DNA from: Anaerolineaceae bacterium 4572_78
Lineage (GTDB): Bacteria; Chloroflexota; Anaerolineae; 4572-78
Direction: 5' to 3'
Length of the DNA stretch: 64,000 nt
Assembly (NCBI GenBank): GCA_002084875.1
Contig: NBMH01000005.1
Location: 27,284-91,283, forward strand
Within the stretch, counting starts at the first letter, position 1. Every line of letters begins with the position of its first letter. Positions 43,786-52,727 of this stretch are shown in pieces. Made by a program: the position numbers and the translations under genes. The notes under the pieces were generated by a model. That model was not told the origin of the DNA. It saw nothing but the letters and a program-made list of their open reading frames with translations, and searched no databases.

Positions 43786-44232
43786 CTAAACGTAAACCCA
43801 AATTTGGTCTAATATCTCCTTGCTAAGTGTTAGTTCAGTTTGGTCAATGCGGATGATGGGCGAAGGGCGATGTTGAAGCACTTCAACTTGACTGCCTGGC
43901 ACAAAGCCGAAAACACTTAACTTGGTCAAACGGTGTGACGTTAGTTCGTCCATATCACTTACCTCTACCATTTTACCTACGGCAACATGTGTAAGAGGTA
44001 TTAACAATTCTCCCTTAGAATCTCGTTTTTGTTTTCGTTGAGGGGGCTTTGTCTTTTTGAGGAAAGGGAACATGTCATGTAAGAAATTTGAAAACCAACT
44101 TTTGGACTCATCTACTACTTGATAGCCACAGTTCGGACAACATATCAAATTACAACGACTTCCCATAGGACACCCATCATGGCAAGCCATTGTTTCTACT
44201 TTAAACTCGTAACCACATAATGGACAGTTCAT
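43786..44232 (-). CDS. FeoA-domain protein with an N-terminal Cys-rich zinc-ribbon segment
   Basis: 148 aa with RBS GGAGAA. The N-terminus is CPLCG..C..GCP..C..CCPNCG. The C-terminal part, VGKMVEVSDMD..LTKLSVFGFVPGSQVEVLQ..PIIRIDQTELTL, is FeoA/SH3-like. No feoB is present in the window. Confidence 0.7.
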   Translation of the reverse strand: MNCPLCGYEFKVETMACHDGCPMGSRCNLICCPNCGYQVVDESKSWFSNFLHDMFPFLKKTKPPQRKQKRDSKGELLIPLTHVAVGKMVEVSDMDELTSHRLTKLSVFGFVPGSQVEVLQHRPSPIIRIDQTELTLSKEILDQIWVYV

Positions 44233-44308
44233 ATTTTCTCCTTAGATAATGTTATGGACTTCTAGTCCATCCTTGTGACGGGCAACATGCTCGTCCTAGG
44301 TATTGGTG

Positions 44309-46711
44309 TTACTTCAATACAATTGGCAAATAGATAAAGTACTCGCTGACCGTCTCACCAATTGAGAGAATGGCACTCTCTTTAATGAGGGAATTATCAG
44401 CAAAGGAAGTGATAAAATCACGTCCATTAAGGTCATTGAGTTTTGTATCTGCTAGACGTAAGGTGACATTTGTTCCCACTGTGACATCTTCTGCCAAAGT
44501 CATGGAAATCGTTGCTATGTTACCATCGCCGCTCAGTTGTTTTGTATCAGCTAGAGCAATGCGTAGTTGACCCAGCCCATCATCATAAAATTCTAGATTG
44601 AAAGTTGTTGTCTTATCTCCTTTAGTGACATTACTGATACCACTAATAACATCTTTATCATAAATAACAACAAATTGACCACCTGCAAAGTTGTGTAAGT
44701 TTGTTGCTTGGAGAGTCATTTGAATTGTTGAGCCTGCCGCACCAATGACATCCACTAATGCAATGGTGGTTGTTTCACCAGACCTGACAGGTTTTTGATT
44801 GGTGGTCGGAATGGGGGGCCATTGACCATGAACAGCATAATACAAAATCATACTGGCATCAGCAGCTTCAATTATACCATTACCATTTGGGTCTCCCGCA
44901 AATATTTGTTCTTGGCTTGGAGGGCTAGGTGGTGTTTGCCCCACTGCAAATTGCAAACTTAATAAGGCATCGGCTGCCTGCACTACACCATTTCCATTCA
45001 AGTCACCCAAAACATATTGAGCCGTCTCTTCAACATAAAAAGTACCATCCTCTAATATTAGTGGCACAGGATTGAATAGGTCATCAGGGGTGTAAATCGT
45101 GGAACCACCGACATTACTAATAAAATCTTTCAGGTCAAGAGAACTTGTAACTGTCGCTGTATCATTTGCTGTCATAGCTTCCACTAGATAACAGTAAGTT
45201 GCTTTTGGAACTAGATTGCTATCTTCATCAAAATAAACCGTTTCTAAGACATTATCAGCGATTATATCAAAATTTAAGAAACTGCCTGTGCCATCATTTC
45301 TAAGCATGCGATAGATGCGATAATGGGTAACTTCAGCATTATTGGTAACATTCCAATCTAGTTCGATGTTTCGATGCCCTGCTTCGACTTGGAGCATGAT
45401 AGGGACGATACCTGGTGGAACAGGTATCGGTGTTGCTGTTGGTGCAGGGGTCATGGTTTGTGAAGGGGTAGTGGTTGGGGTATTAGGTGTCTGACTTTCA
45501 GTTGCACATTTGTAAATTTTTGAATCGACGTTTTTAGTAGAATCATTTTGATTATTAGCCACAGCTAAATATGACTCATTATCAATTGTGAAAAACTCCC
45601 AATCTTCTGCACCATTAGTCAAAATAAGTTGACTTTCAGTAAAACTACTACCATTCCATTGATAAATCACAGAATTGATAACTTTAGTTGAGCCATCGGA
45701 AACATTAGCTACAACCAAATAGTGATTATTGTCAATACTAAAGAATTTCCAATCACGAGCACCTTGCGTAAGTATACTTTGAAATTCAATAAAACTGTTA
45801 CCATCCCACCGATAAATCACGGAATTGATATTCGAGGCGGAGTCATTATTGGTATTAGCTACAGCAAGATAGTGATTGCTATCAATGGTGAAAAACTCCC
45901 AATCATGTCCTCCACTAGTGAGAATGGATTGAAATTCAATAAAATTGGCACCATTCCATCTATAAATCTTGGAATTGATGTTACGAGTAGAACCATTAAA
46001 ATAATTACCCACCACTAAATATTGAGTATTATCAATGACAAAATATTCCACATCTTGAGCTCCTGTGGTGAGTATGGATTGGTATTCCACAAAGTTTGTG
46101 CCATTCCATTTGTAGATTTTGGAATAAACATCGCGGTCGGTATTTGTGCCGTCACAGTAGTTAGCCATAGCTAAATAATCGTCACTATCAATGGTGAAAA
46201 ATTCCCAGTCATTGCCGCCAATGGTGGGAATGGATTGAAATTCCTCAAAACTATTACCATTCCATTTGTAAATCTTTGAGTCGATATTCCAGTTAGAATT
46301 ATCATTATTGTTAGCCACAGCTAAATAATCGTCACTACCAATGGTGAAAAATTCCCAATCCCAAGCATTGTAAGTAAGTATGGATTGATATTCCACGAAG
46401 CTACTACCATTCCATTGATAAATCTTTGAATCAACACTGGTTGTATAAAGCTCTCCACGATTAGCAACGGCTAAATACGAAACATTATCTATCGTGAAAA
46501 ATTCCCAGTCTTTAGCTCCACTAGTTGGGATAGACTGAAATTCCTCAAGTTGCAATTCTTGAGACAAAGCCGACGATGTACTATCACTTATTATCATGCT
46601 CAGAGTGGCAATAATAATGGTGATGATTAGAAAAATTAAATCTTTTATTATTATACCTGTTGTGTTTGATTGGGGCAAATTTGGGTAATAGAAATATAAG
46701 AAAATTGGCAT
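44309..46711 (-). CDS. Secreted or anchored multidomain protein: seven EAR/EPTP-like propeller repeats, P/T linker, FN3, dockerin, cohesin-like domain and a conserved C-terminal tail
   Basis: 800 aa. There are seven repeats of ..SKIY+WNG.SF.E+QSI.T.GA.DWEFFTID...YLAVAN.. (aa 56-402). FN3-like region at aa ~436-525. Two EF-hand-like dockerin loops, GDLNGNGVVQAADALLSLQF and GDPNGNGIIEAADASMILYY. A cohesin-like beta domain at aa ~648-785. It ends SEYFIYLPIVLK*. Confidence 0.7.
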   Translation of the reverse strand: MPIFLYFYYPNLPQSNTTGIIIKDLIFLIITIIIATLSMIISDSTSSALSQELQLEEFQSIPTSGAKDWEFFTIDNVSYLAVANRGELYTTSVDSKIYQWNGSSFVEYQSILTYNAWDWEFFTIGSDDYLAVANNNDNSNWNIDSKIYKWNGNSFEEFQSIPTIGGNDWEFFTIDSDDYLAMANYCDGTNTDRDVYSKIYKWNGTNFVEYQSILTTGAQDVEYFVIDNTQYLVVGNYFNGSTRNINSKIYRWNGANFIEFQSILTSGGHDWEFFTIDSNHYLAVANTNNDSASNINSVIYRWDGNSFIEFQSILTQGARDWKFFSIDNNHYLVVANVSDGSTKVINSVIYQWNGSSFTESQLILTNGAEDWEFFTIDNESYLAVANNQNDSTKNVDSKIYKCATESQTPNTPTTTPSQTMTPAPTATPIPVPPGIVPIMLQVEAGHRNIELDWNVTNNAEVTHYRIYRMLRNDGTGSFLNFDIIADNVLETVYFDEDSNLVPKATYCYLVEAMTANDTATVTSSLDLKDFISNVGGSTIYTPDDLFNPVPLILEDGTFYVEETAQYVLGDLNGNGVVQAADALLSLQFAVGQTPPSPPSQEQIFAGDPNGNGIIEAADASMILYYAVHGQWPPIPTTNQKPVRSGETTTIALVDVIGAAGSTIQMTLQATNLHNFAGGQFVVIYDKDVISGISNVTKGDKTTTFNLEFYDDGLGQLRIALADTKQLSGDGNIATISMTLAEDVTVGTNVTLRLADTKLNDLNGRDFITSFADNSLIKESAILSIGETVSEYFIYLPIVLK
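44779..44795. repeat. Half R2b arm (AGACCTGACAGGTTTTT) inside the propeller-cohesin CDS
   Basis: It encodes KPVRS in the dockerin-cohesin linker. The same peptide and DNA occur at 54194-54209. Confidence 0.7.
45506..46546 (-). repeat. Seven tandem ~47-50-codon EAR/EPTP-like blades (coding repeat)
   Basis: The core DWEFFTI / DVEYFVI / DWKFFSI recurs seven times, each followed by YL(A/V)VAN and SKIY.WNG. Confidence 0.8.
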
Positions 46712-46845
46712 AATTGCTTTCTTAGCTATTGTGATGGAACTTATTGCATTTTAATGAGAAGGGATTAAAATACATGTTTTGTTTATGTTGTATTATTATG
46801 TTGTGGTAACATAACAAACTGACTAAATTTTGGAGGATTAAAGAA

Positions 46846-48564
46846 TTGAAAACCACAAATTTAATTACCCCATACGGGGGCAAACTTGTTAATTTACTTG
46901 TTTCAGCAGAGGAGCGGCAGACCTTAAAAGACCATGCTACTCATCTATCATCATTACAAATATCGGAACGAGCTGTATGTGACTTGCAATTATTGGCTAC
47001 AGGAGCTTTTTCACCGTTAGACCGTTTCATGGGAAAAGACGATTATCAACATGTCCTTGATGAAATGCGACTAACTGATGGGCATATCTTTCCTATACCT
47101 GTTACGTTACCTGTAAAACCGAATACAGAAGGCATTGAACTTGATAAAGAGATTGCTATACGCAACTCTCGAAATGAATTGTTAGCTGTGATGCGGATTG
47201 AAGAAATTTATGAATGGGATTTAAAAGAAACGGCTGAAAAAGTGTTCCGCACACAGGATTTACGCCATCCACTTGTTGCTGAAATGCATCGCTGGGGTAA
47301 ATTAAATATCTCTGGCTCAATCAAAATTCTACAGATACCTACTTATTTTGACTTTAAGGATTTGCGGCACACCCCAGCACAAGTGCGAGCAAAATTAGCC
47401 GAGTTTGGACGTAAGAATGTAGTCGCTTTCCAAACGCGCAATCCATTACACCGAGTGCATGAAGAATTGACCAAGCGAGCCGCAGATAGTGTTGATGGAG
47501 TATTATTGCTTCATCCGGTGGTTGGCATGACCAAGCCAGGCGATGTTGACCATTTTACCCGCGTTCGGACTTATAAGGCATTGACTGAAAATTATTATGA
47601 GCCTGACCGTGTATTATTATCACTGTTACCATTAGCCATGCGTTTGGCTGGTCCACGTGAGGCTGTATGGCATGCTATCATTCGCCGTAATCATGGTGCC
47701 AATCATCTAATTGTAGGACGTGACCATGCTGGACCCGGTAACGATTCAAAAGGTAATCCCATCTATGGACCTTATGATGCTCAAGAGTTGGTCTCGGAAC
47801 ACAGTGAGGAGTTAGAGGTCAACATGGTGCCGTTTAAGATGCTTGTCTATTTACCAGATGAAGAGCGTTATGAAGAGATTGACAAGGTTTCTAAGGATGT
47901 AAAGATTGCCTCAATTTCGGGAACGCAAGTACGCGAAGAATATCTGTACAAAGGGAAACTATTACCTAAATGGTTTACACGTTCTAAAGTAGCAGAAATT
48001 TTATCAGAAGTGCATCCTCCACGCCATCGTCAAGGTTTTTGCATTTGGTTTACTGGATTAAGTGGAGCAGGTAAATCAACTACTGCTAATGTGTTAGTAC
48101 CATTATTATTGGAGCATGGTCGTCAAGCTACTGTACTTGATGGAGATGTGGTGCGAACGAATTTATCGAAGGGACTTGGCTTTAGCAAAGAAGACCGCGA
48201 TACAAACATTCGGCGGATAGGCTTTGTAGCGGGTGAGATTGTGCGACATGGTGGGGCGGTTGTATGTGCAGCCGTTAGTCCCTATCGTGCTACTCGTAAT
48301 GGTGTTCGTAATTTTGTTGGTAAACAACATTATATCGAGGTATTTGTGGATACGCCGCTTGAGGTATGCGAGGAACGAGATACAAAAGGCATGTATGCCA
48401 AAGCACGTCGCGGCGAAATTAAAAACTTTACTGGTATTGATGACCCTTATGAATCTCCACGCAATGCTGAAATTTGCTTGGATACAGTCAATAAAACTCC
48501 TGAAGAGAATGCTCGTATAATTCTTAATCATCTTATTGAGAATGGATTTGTTAGGTCTAAATAG
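46846..48564 (+). CDS. sat: Bifunctional sulfate adenylyltransferase (ATP sulfurylase) / adenylylsulfate kinase
   Basis: 572 aa, TTG start after GGAGGA. Sulfurylase motifs QTRNPLHRVHEEL and GRDHAGPG. The C-terminal APS kinase has P-loop GLSGAGKSTTA and ..FVDTPLEVCEERDTKGMY... Confidence 0.92.
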   Translation: MKTTNLITPYGGKLVNLLVSAEERQTLKDHATHLSSLQISERAVCDLQLLATGAFSPLDRFMGKDDYQHVLDEMRLTDGHIFPIPVTLPVKPNTEGIELDKEIAIRNSRNELLAVMRIEEIYEWDLKETAEKVFRTQDLRHPLVAEMHRWGKLNISGSIKILQIPTYFDFKDLRHTPAQVRAKLAEFGRKNVVAFQTRNPLHRVHEELTKRAADSVDGVLLLHPVVGMTKPGDVDHFTRVRTYKALTENYYEPDRVLLSLLPLAMRLAGPREAVWHAIIRRNHGANHLIVGRDHAGPGNDSKGNPIYGPYDAQELVSEHSEELEVNMVPFKMLVYLPDEERYEEIDKVSKDVKIASISGTQVREEYLYKGKLLPKWFTRSKVAEILSEVHPPRHRQGFCIWFTGLSGAGKSTTANVLVPLLLEHGRQATVLDGDVVRTNLSKGLGFSKEDRDTNIRRIGFVAGEIVRHGGAVVCAAVSPYRATRNGVRNFVGKQHYIEVFVDTPLEVCEERDTKGMYAKARRGEIKNFTGIDDPYESPRNAEICLDTVNKTPEENARIILNHLIENGFVRSK

Positions 48565-48579
48565 AGACCTTTTATGGTT

Positions 48580-48643
48580 AAGACAAGAAAGGTTTTTAAA
48601 AACCTTTCTTGTCTTGATTGTCAAAGCAAGCTTTGACGCTCCA
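48580..48643. repeat. R2a perfect 36-nt palindrome plus a half R1 core between convergent genes
   Basis: AAGACAAGAAAGGTTTTT|AAAAACCTTTCTTGTCTT (48580-48615), then GATTGTCAAAGCAAGCTTTGACGCTCCA. It lies 16 nt after the sat-cysC stop and 12 nt from the PIG-L stop. Confidence 0.9.
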
Positions 48644-48654
48644 AATGACCGTTT

Positions 48655-49392
48655 TTAGTCTATATTCACAAATTCCTCATCATTAATAATGGTTATTGAT
48701 TGGAAGGACTCGGCATAAACCATTTCTTTACCTTTACCAAGTTTAGAAGCCCATTTTCTTAACATCGGTTCGGGGTCCCAATGACTTACTTGGCTGACAT
48801 GTTTTTTCAGGGAAGCTATTTTAAGGTCAATGGTATCAGTAATATTGACAAAAGTATTTCCACCTTCAAAACTAATGACATACACTTTGCGTACTTTGTG
48901 GGCAGTTAATCCTTCTTGAGCCAGGTCAGGAAAGACTAAAGGTTGACCAGCCGCAGGAAAAACAGCATCAACCGTAGCGTACCCAACTGCTCTATGGTCA
49001 GGATGGTTGATGTAGATATCTCTAACCCATAATGTGGTTGGGTCAGTGGTTATGACCACTTCAGGCTTAAATCGCCGAATTTCACGGACTAATTTCTTAC
49101 GAAGCCTAAGTGTATTTTTTACCATGCCGTCAGGTTCACGTAGAAAAATGACTTTGTGAACGCCGACCACTTCGGCAGCAGCTTGTTGTTCAGCTTCACG
49201 GATTTTTCCCGCTTTTGCACGAGTCATGTCTGGCACATCAATACCGACATCCCCACTGGTACATATCGTGTAAACGACCTCTGCCCCAGCTTGTACCCAA
49301 CGGGCTATTGTTCCCGCACAGCCAAATTCAATGTCATCAGGATGTGCAACGATGACCATTGCTTTTTTTGGAACATAAAAATTATTACTCAT
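48655..49392 (-). CDS. PIG-L / LmbE family N-acetylglucosaminyl deacetylase
   Basis: 245 aa. [16 protein letters not shown] and ..HPDHRAVG.. are the zinc-binding motifs of the family. Confidence 0.85.
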   Translation of the reverse strand: MSNNFYVPKKAMVIVAHPDDIEFGCAGTIARWVQAGAEVVYTICTSGDVGIDVPDMTRAKAGKIREAEQQAAAEVVGVHKVIFLREPDGMVKNTLRLRKKLVREIRRFKPEVVITTDPTTLWVRDIYINHPDHRAVGYATVDAVFPAAGQPLVFPDLAQEGLTAHKVRKVYVISFEGGNTFVNITDTIDLKIASLKKHVSQVSHWDPEPMLRKWASKLGKGKEMVYAESFQSITIINDEEFVNID

Positions 49393-49491
49393 TACAAAAC
49401 TCCTGTTAATTAAATTTCTAGTAGCCGTAATTTCAAATTACGAAACATCTCAATTATGCTCGTGAAGGTCATAAAGCGATATTTTGGATTC

Positions 49492-49581
49492 AGACCTGTC
49501 AGGTCTAACCAAAGAACATGGTCACACAATGGAGCATCAAATCGCTTGCTTTTTCATGTCAAAGCAAGCTTTGAACAGCCC
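49492..49581. repeat. Collapsed R2b (AGACCTGTCAGGTCT) plus an R1 core fused to a truncated TIR
   Basis: CATGGTCACACAATGGAGCATCAAATCGCTTGCTTTTTCATGTCAAAGCAAGCTTTGAACAGCCC. Confidence 0.85.
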
Positions 49582-49747
49582 TATTATATCGTCAGTTTAT
49601 TATTGTGGCTTTTGATTAATTTGGCAAATTTAGCATAAGAATCGTGTGGTTAATGATTAAATCACACTGATTTTGGTAGGTGTTGTCTTTAACTTACAAT
49701 CATGGTATAATATTAAGAGGAAACAAAAAATTTGTGAGAAAATAAAT

Positions 49748-50176
49748 ATGACAAAACAAACACTAACTAGACCTGACTGGATGTATATTCAATCGGCTGT
49801 GATTCCATATCGTATTACCGATGATACTTTAGAAATATTACTTATTACATCACGTAAGCGTACCCGTTGGGTCATTCCCAAAGGAATTATTGAAGAAGAT
49901 TTGGAAGCACCAGCTTCGGCAATTAAAGAAGCTTGGGAAGAAGCTGGTATTACAGGACGAGTTGCCTTTGATGAGCCTATCGGTACTTATACCTATCAGA
50001 AATGGGGGGGAACATGTCACGTTAAAGTTTTTTTATTTGAAGTGCGCAGTGTATTTGCTAATTGGCCAGAATCTTCAATGCGCGACCGAGAATGGGTTAC
50101 ACTTTCAGAAGCAACTGATAGAGTTCAAGAAAAGGAATTAAAGAAAATGTTGAATATTGTACCTGAATGGTTATAA
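49748..50176 (+). CDS. NUDIX hydrolase
   Basis: The track ORF starts at 49673. The in-frame ATG at 49748 gives MTKQTLTRPDW... Nudix box: PKGIIEEDLEAPASAIKEAWEEAGITG. Confidence 0.8.
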   Translation: MTKQTLTRPDWMYIQSAVIPYRITDDTLEILLITSRKRTRWVIPKGIIEEDLEAPASAIKEAWEEAGITGRVAFDEPIGTYTYQKWGGTCHVKVFLFEVRSVFANWPESSMRDREWVTLSEATDRVQEKELKKMLNIVPEWL

Positions 50177-50179
50177 TAA

Positions 50180-51157
50180 CTAAATTTCCCATTGGTAATG
50201 AACTAGGAAAACTAAGTAAGGTACTCTATCCCAAAATTCTATACCTACAACCCATGTACCCCAATCAAAATCTTCTTCACCTGCTCGATAGAGACTGATA
50301 AAATTGAAACTGTCATATTCTGAAGGTAGTCTTAATATTCCTGCTGTACCTCCGCCGATAATTTCATTACATTTTGTTTCCACGTCAGCCAATAAATCTT
50401 TTTCTAAGAATGGAATGATGGTTTCGGTAATTGAACCATTTATAGACAAACCACTTCCAGAAGCTTCTCCCCAATAATGACGTGTTTCGCTACTAAAAAA
50501 CTGTTCCACCGCGTCTTGTTCTAAATGAACTTCTTCGTTCCACCAATCATGACGGATAAGCAATCCTCTTTCATAGTAAATCAAATTAGCAAGCCCGCCG
50601 CCATCATGATGTTCAATGACAATACGTAAATCTTCGATTAAAGTTTGAATGTTGGGGTCACTGCAAAAGGCATCACTTGTAACCGATTCTGTAAGATAAT
50701 AACGGCTTGCCCAGCCTGAACCTCCTGGATAATTAATCGGTACCCAAAATATATCCTGAACGCGTTTACCACTCCCGATGACATGAATATTATCAACATT
50801 GTGAGCCAAACTGGTTAATATTTCATAATTGGTACCGCTATCAGCACGAACATTTAACTCATTATCATCAGCCACAAAAGCAACCTGATAAGTAACGATA
50901 GAAGTCGTTTCTTTGGTTACAATTTTTGTTGTTGTAGGAATAGATGTAGATTCTGTGGATTTTGGTGCCGTATTTGTTGCATCAGGAGAAGATTCTGTAG
51001 AAGGATTTTCAGATAGTGATGCACCAGAAATGGATGTAGAAGAAATCAGGGTTGAGTCGGTTGCGGCACCACTACATCCAATTAACACTAACAGAATCAC
51101 GATACAAGTGAGAACAAATGAGAAAAACAATTTGTGTTTCATAGAAATACTCTCCAA
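50180..51157 (-). CDS. Lipoprotein with an SH3b-like domain; function unknown
   Basis: 325 aa. Lipobox LIGCSG after MKHKLFFSFVLTCIVILLVL, so the start is probably the ATG at 51142. An S/T-rich linker is followed by LNVRADSGTNYEILTSL..WASRYYL, which is SH3_3-like. Confidence 0.55.
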   Translation of the reverse strand: MESISMKHKLFFSFVLTCIVILLVLIGCSGAATDSTLISSTSISGASLSENPSTESSPDATNTAPKSTESTSIPTTTKIVTKETTSIVTYQVAFVADDNELNVRADSGTNYEILTSLAHNVDNIHVIGSGKRVQDIFWVPINYPGGSGWASRYYLTESVTSDAFCSDPNIQTLIEDLRIVIEHHDGGGLANLIYYERGLLIRHDWWNEEVHLEQDAVEQFFSSETRHYWGEASGSGLSINGSITETIIPFLEKDLLADVETKCNEIIGGGTAGILRLPSEYDSFNFISLYRAGEEDFDWGTWVVGIEFWDRVPYLVFLVHYQWEI

Positions 51158-51242
51158 AACAATTTGAACTTAAATACTTAACCACAATCAATATTTTTAC
51201 TACAAAATGCACAAAATAGCAAATTAGCTACATAACCAATTT

Positions 51243-52508
51243 CTACTGAGAATCAATAAGTTCTTTAACAACTATATTCAAATCCATTCTGCTCCCCTTT
51301 GATATGGCAGCTTCTAATTCATTTTTTGGTAACACATCTTGTATACTCATAAGTGTTTTATTTGCAATACTTATAACATTTTTATTTGAAGCAGGATGAT
51401 TAAGAATTAAACCAATTAACATACCTGCCTTCTTATAATTTTTATTATGAACCTGCAATGTTGCAACCATAGCTATGTTATTTAACAACAAAGGCTCTGC
51501 TCCGATTGCCATTGATTCTTGAAGTGCGGGGAATAGGTAAGTCCATGCTTTTTCAAATTGACATAAATGTATGCAAACACGCACCAAATTTTGTAAGGCA
51601 AGAGCCACACTTTGCCGCAAACCAATTTCTTGTGAGATGTCTAACACTTCCTTAAAATAGCGATCAGCAACCGTAAATCTTTTTTGGTCAAGTGCCAACC
51701 TTCCCAAATTTCCTAAGAAACTACATATCCCCCGACGGTCTCCTAATTTTCTAAAAATAGCTAAACCTTCTTGGTAATATTCCTCTGATTTGGAAAATGT
51801 CAAACGCCAAGTGGTAACCGCTCCTAGCAAATTAAGAGCTGTGGCAGTTTGATATAGATTATTTATCTCTCGACTAATTGCTAAACTTTCTATAGCATAT
51901 TGTTCACTCTGTTCAAAATTTCCTTGAAAATAAACCACCCATCCTAAATGACGCAAAACAGCAACTGAACCGAATTTGTCATTATTTTGTCGAGCTGTTG
52001 TCAAACCTAATTCTAAATATTCTGTTGCCTTGTCATAGTCACCCTGTAAGTATACTATCCGCCCCAACTCACTAAGAGCCATGACAATGGTATGAGGGTC
52101 ATCGGTTTGACGAGCTAAGATTAAGCCTTCTTCAAGATAGCTTTGGGCTGAAGGATAATCACTCATCCAAACATAAACTGTTCCCAACTTTACCAATACC
52201 GTCGCCTTCAGTTTGTCATCCTTCTGCTCTATTAGTTCAACAGAACGTTTATAGTAATGAATAGCATGTTTATTATCGGATTTGGCAAATGCCTCATCAC
52301 CCGCTAAAATCGCGTAGTGACGCTCTCTTTCTTCATCTCGGGCACCACCATAATGATAAGCTAAGTCACTATAATGCCCACTTAAATCATGTGCATAAAG
52401 ATTTTCAATGGCATTTGCAGCTTGTTTATGCAGTTCACGTAGATATTTGAATAATTGCATGTTGTAGGCTGATTCCATCATCAAAACTTGATTGAATACA
52501 TATTTCAC
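51243..52508 (-). CDS. Stand-alone TPR-repeat protein resembling the C-terminal half of STAND/TPR regulators
   Basis: 421 aa. The N-terminus, ..LHKQAANAIENLYAHDLSGHYSDLAYHYGGARDEERERHYAILAGDEAF.., is the helical segment that follows the ATPase in proteins like 28475-32377. It is followed by at least 6 TPR units. Confidence 0.65.
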   Translation of the reverse strand: MKYVFNQVLMMESAYNMQLFKYLRELHKQAANAIENLYAHDLSGHYSDLAYHYGGARDEERERHYAILAGDEAFAKSDNKHAIHYYKRSVELIEQKDDKLKATVLVKLGTVYVWMSDYPSAQSYLEEGLILARQTDDPHTIVMALSELGRIVYLQGDYDKATEYLELGLTTARQNNDKFGSVAVLRHLGWVVYFQGNFEQSEQYAIESLAISREINNLYQTATALNLLGAVTTWRLTFSKSEEYYQEGLAIFRKLGDRRGICSFLGNLGRLALDQKRFTVADRYFKEVLDISQEIGLRQSVALALQNLVRVCIHLCQFEKAWTYLFPALQESMAIGAEPLLLNNIAMVATLQVHNKNYKKAGMLIGLILNHPASNKNVISIANKTLMSIQDVLPKNELEAAISKGSRMDLNIVVKELIDSQ

Positions 52509-52621
52509 TTTATACTACCTTTTATTTGCTAATATTATTGTATTTTTTTCAATAACCGTATTATACCAAATTTCTATTATTTTGTTAATTTTTACTTATT
52601 TGATTGGTTATACTACAAAAG

Positions 52622-52721
52622 GTTAGAAATCCAATTTTTCCAAAACAGGTTCTTTGGAGCGAAAAAGCTTGCTTTTTCAGGTCAAAGCAAGCTTGGACCC
52701 TCCAAAATTGAATTTCCAAAA
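52622..52721. repeat. R5 hairpin with an R1 core inserted in its loop, the 'filled' form
   Basis: GTTAGAAATCCAATTTTTCCAAAA, then [CAGGTTCTT TGGAGCGAAAAAGCTTGCTTTTTCAGGTCAAAGCAAGCTTGGACCCTCCA], then AAATTGAATTTCC. Compare 38359-38394. Confidence 0.85.
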
Positions 52722-52727
52722 GTAATC

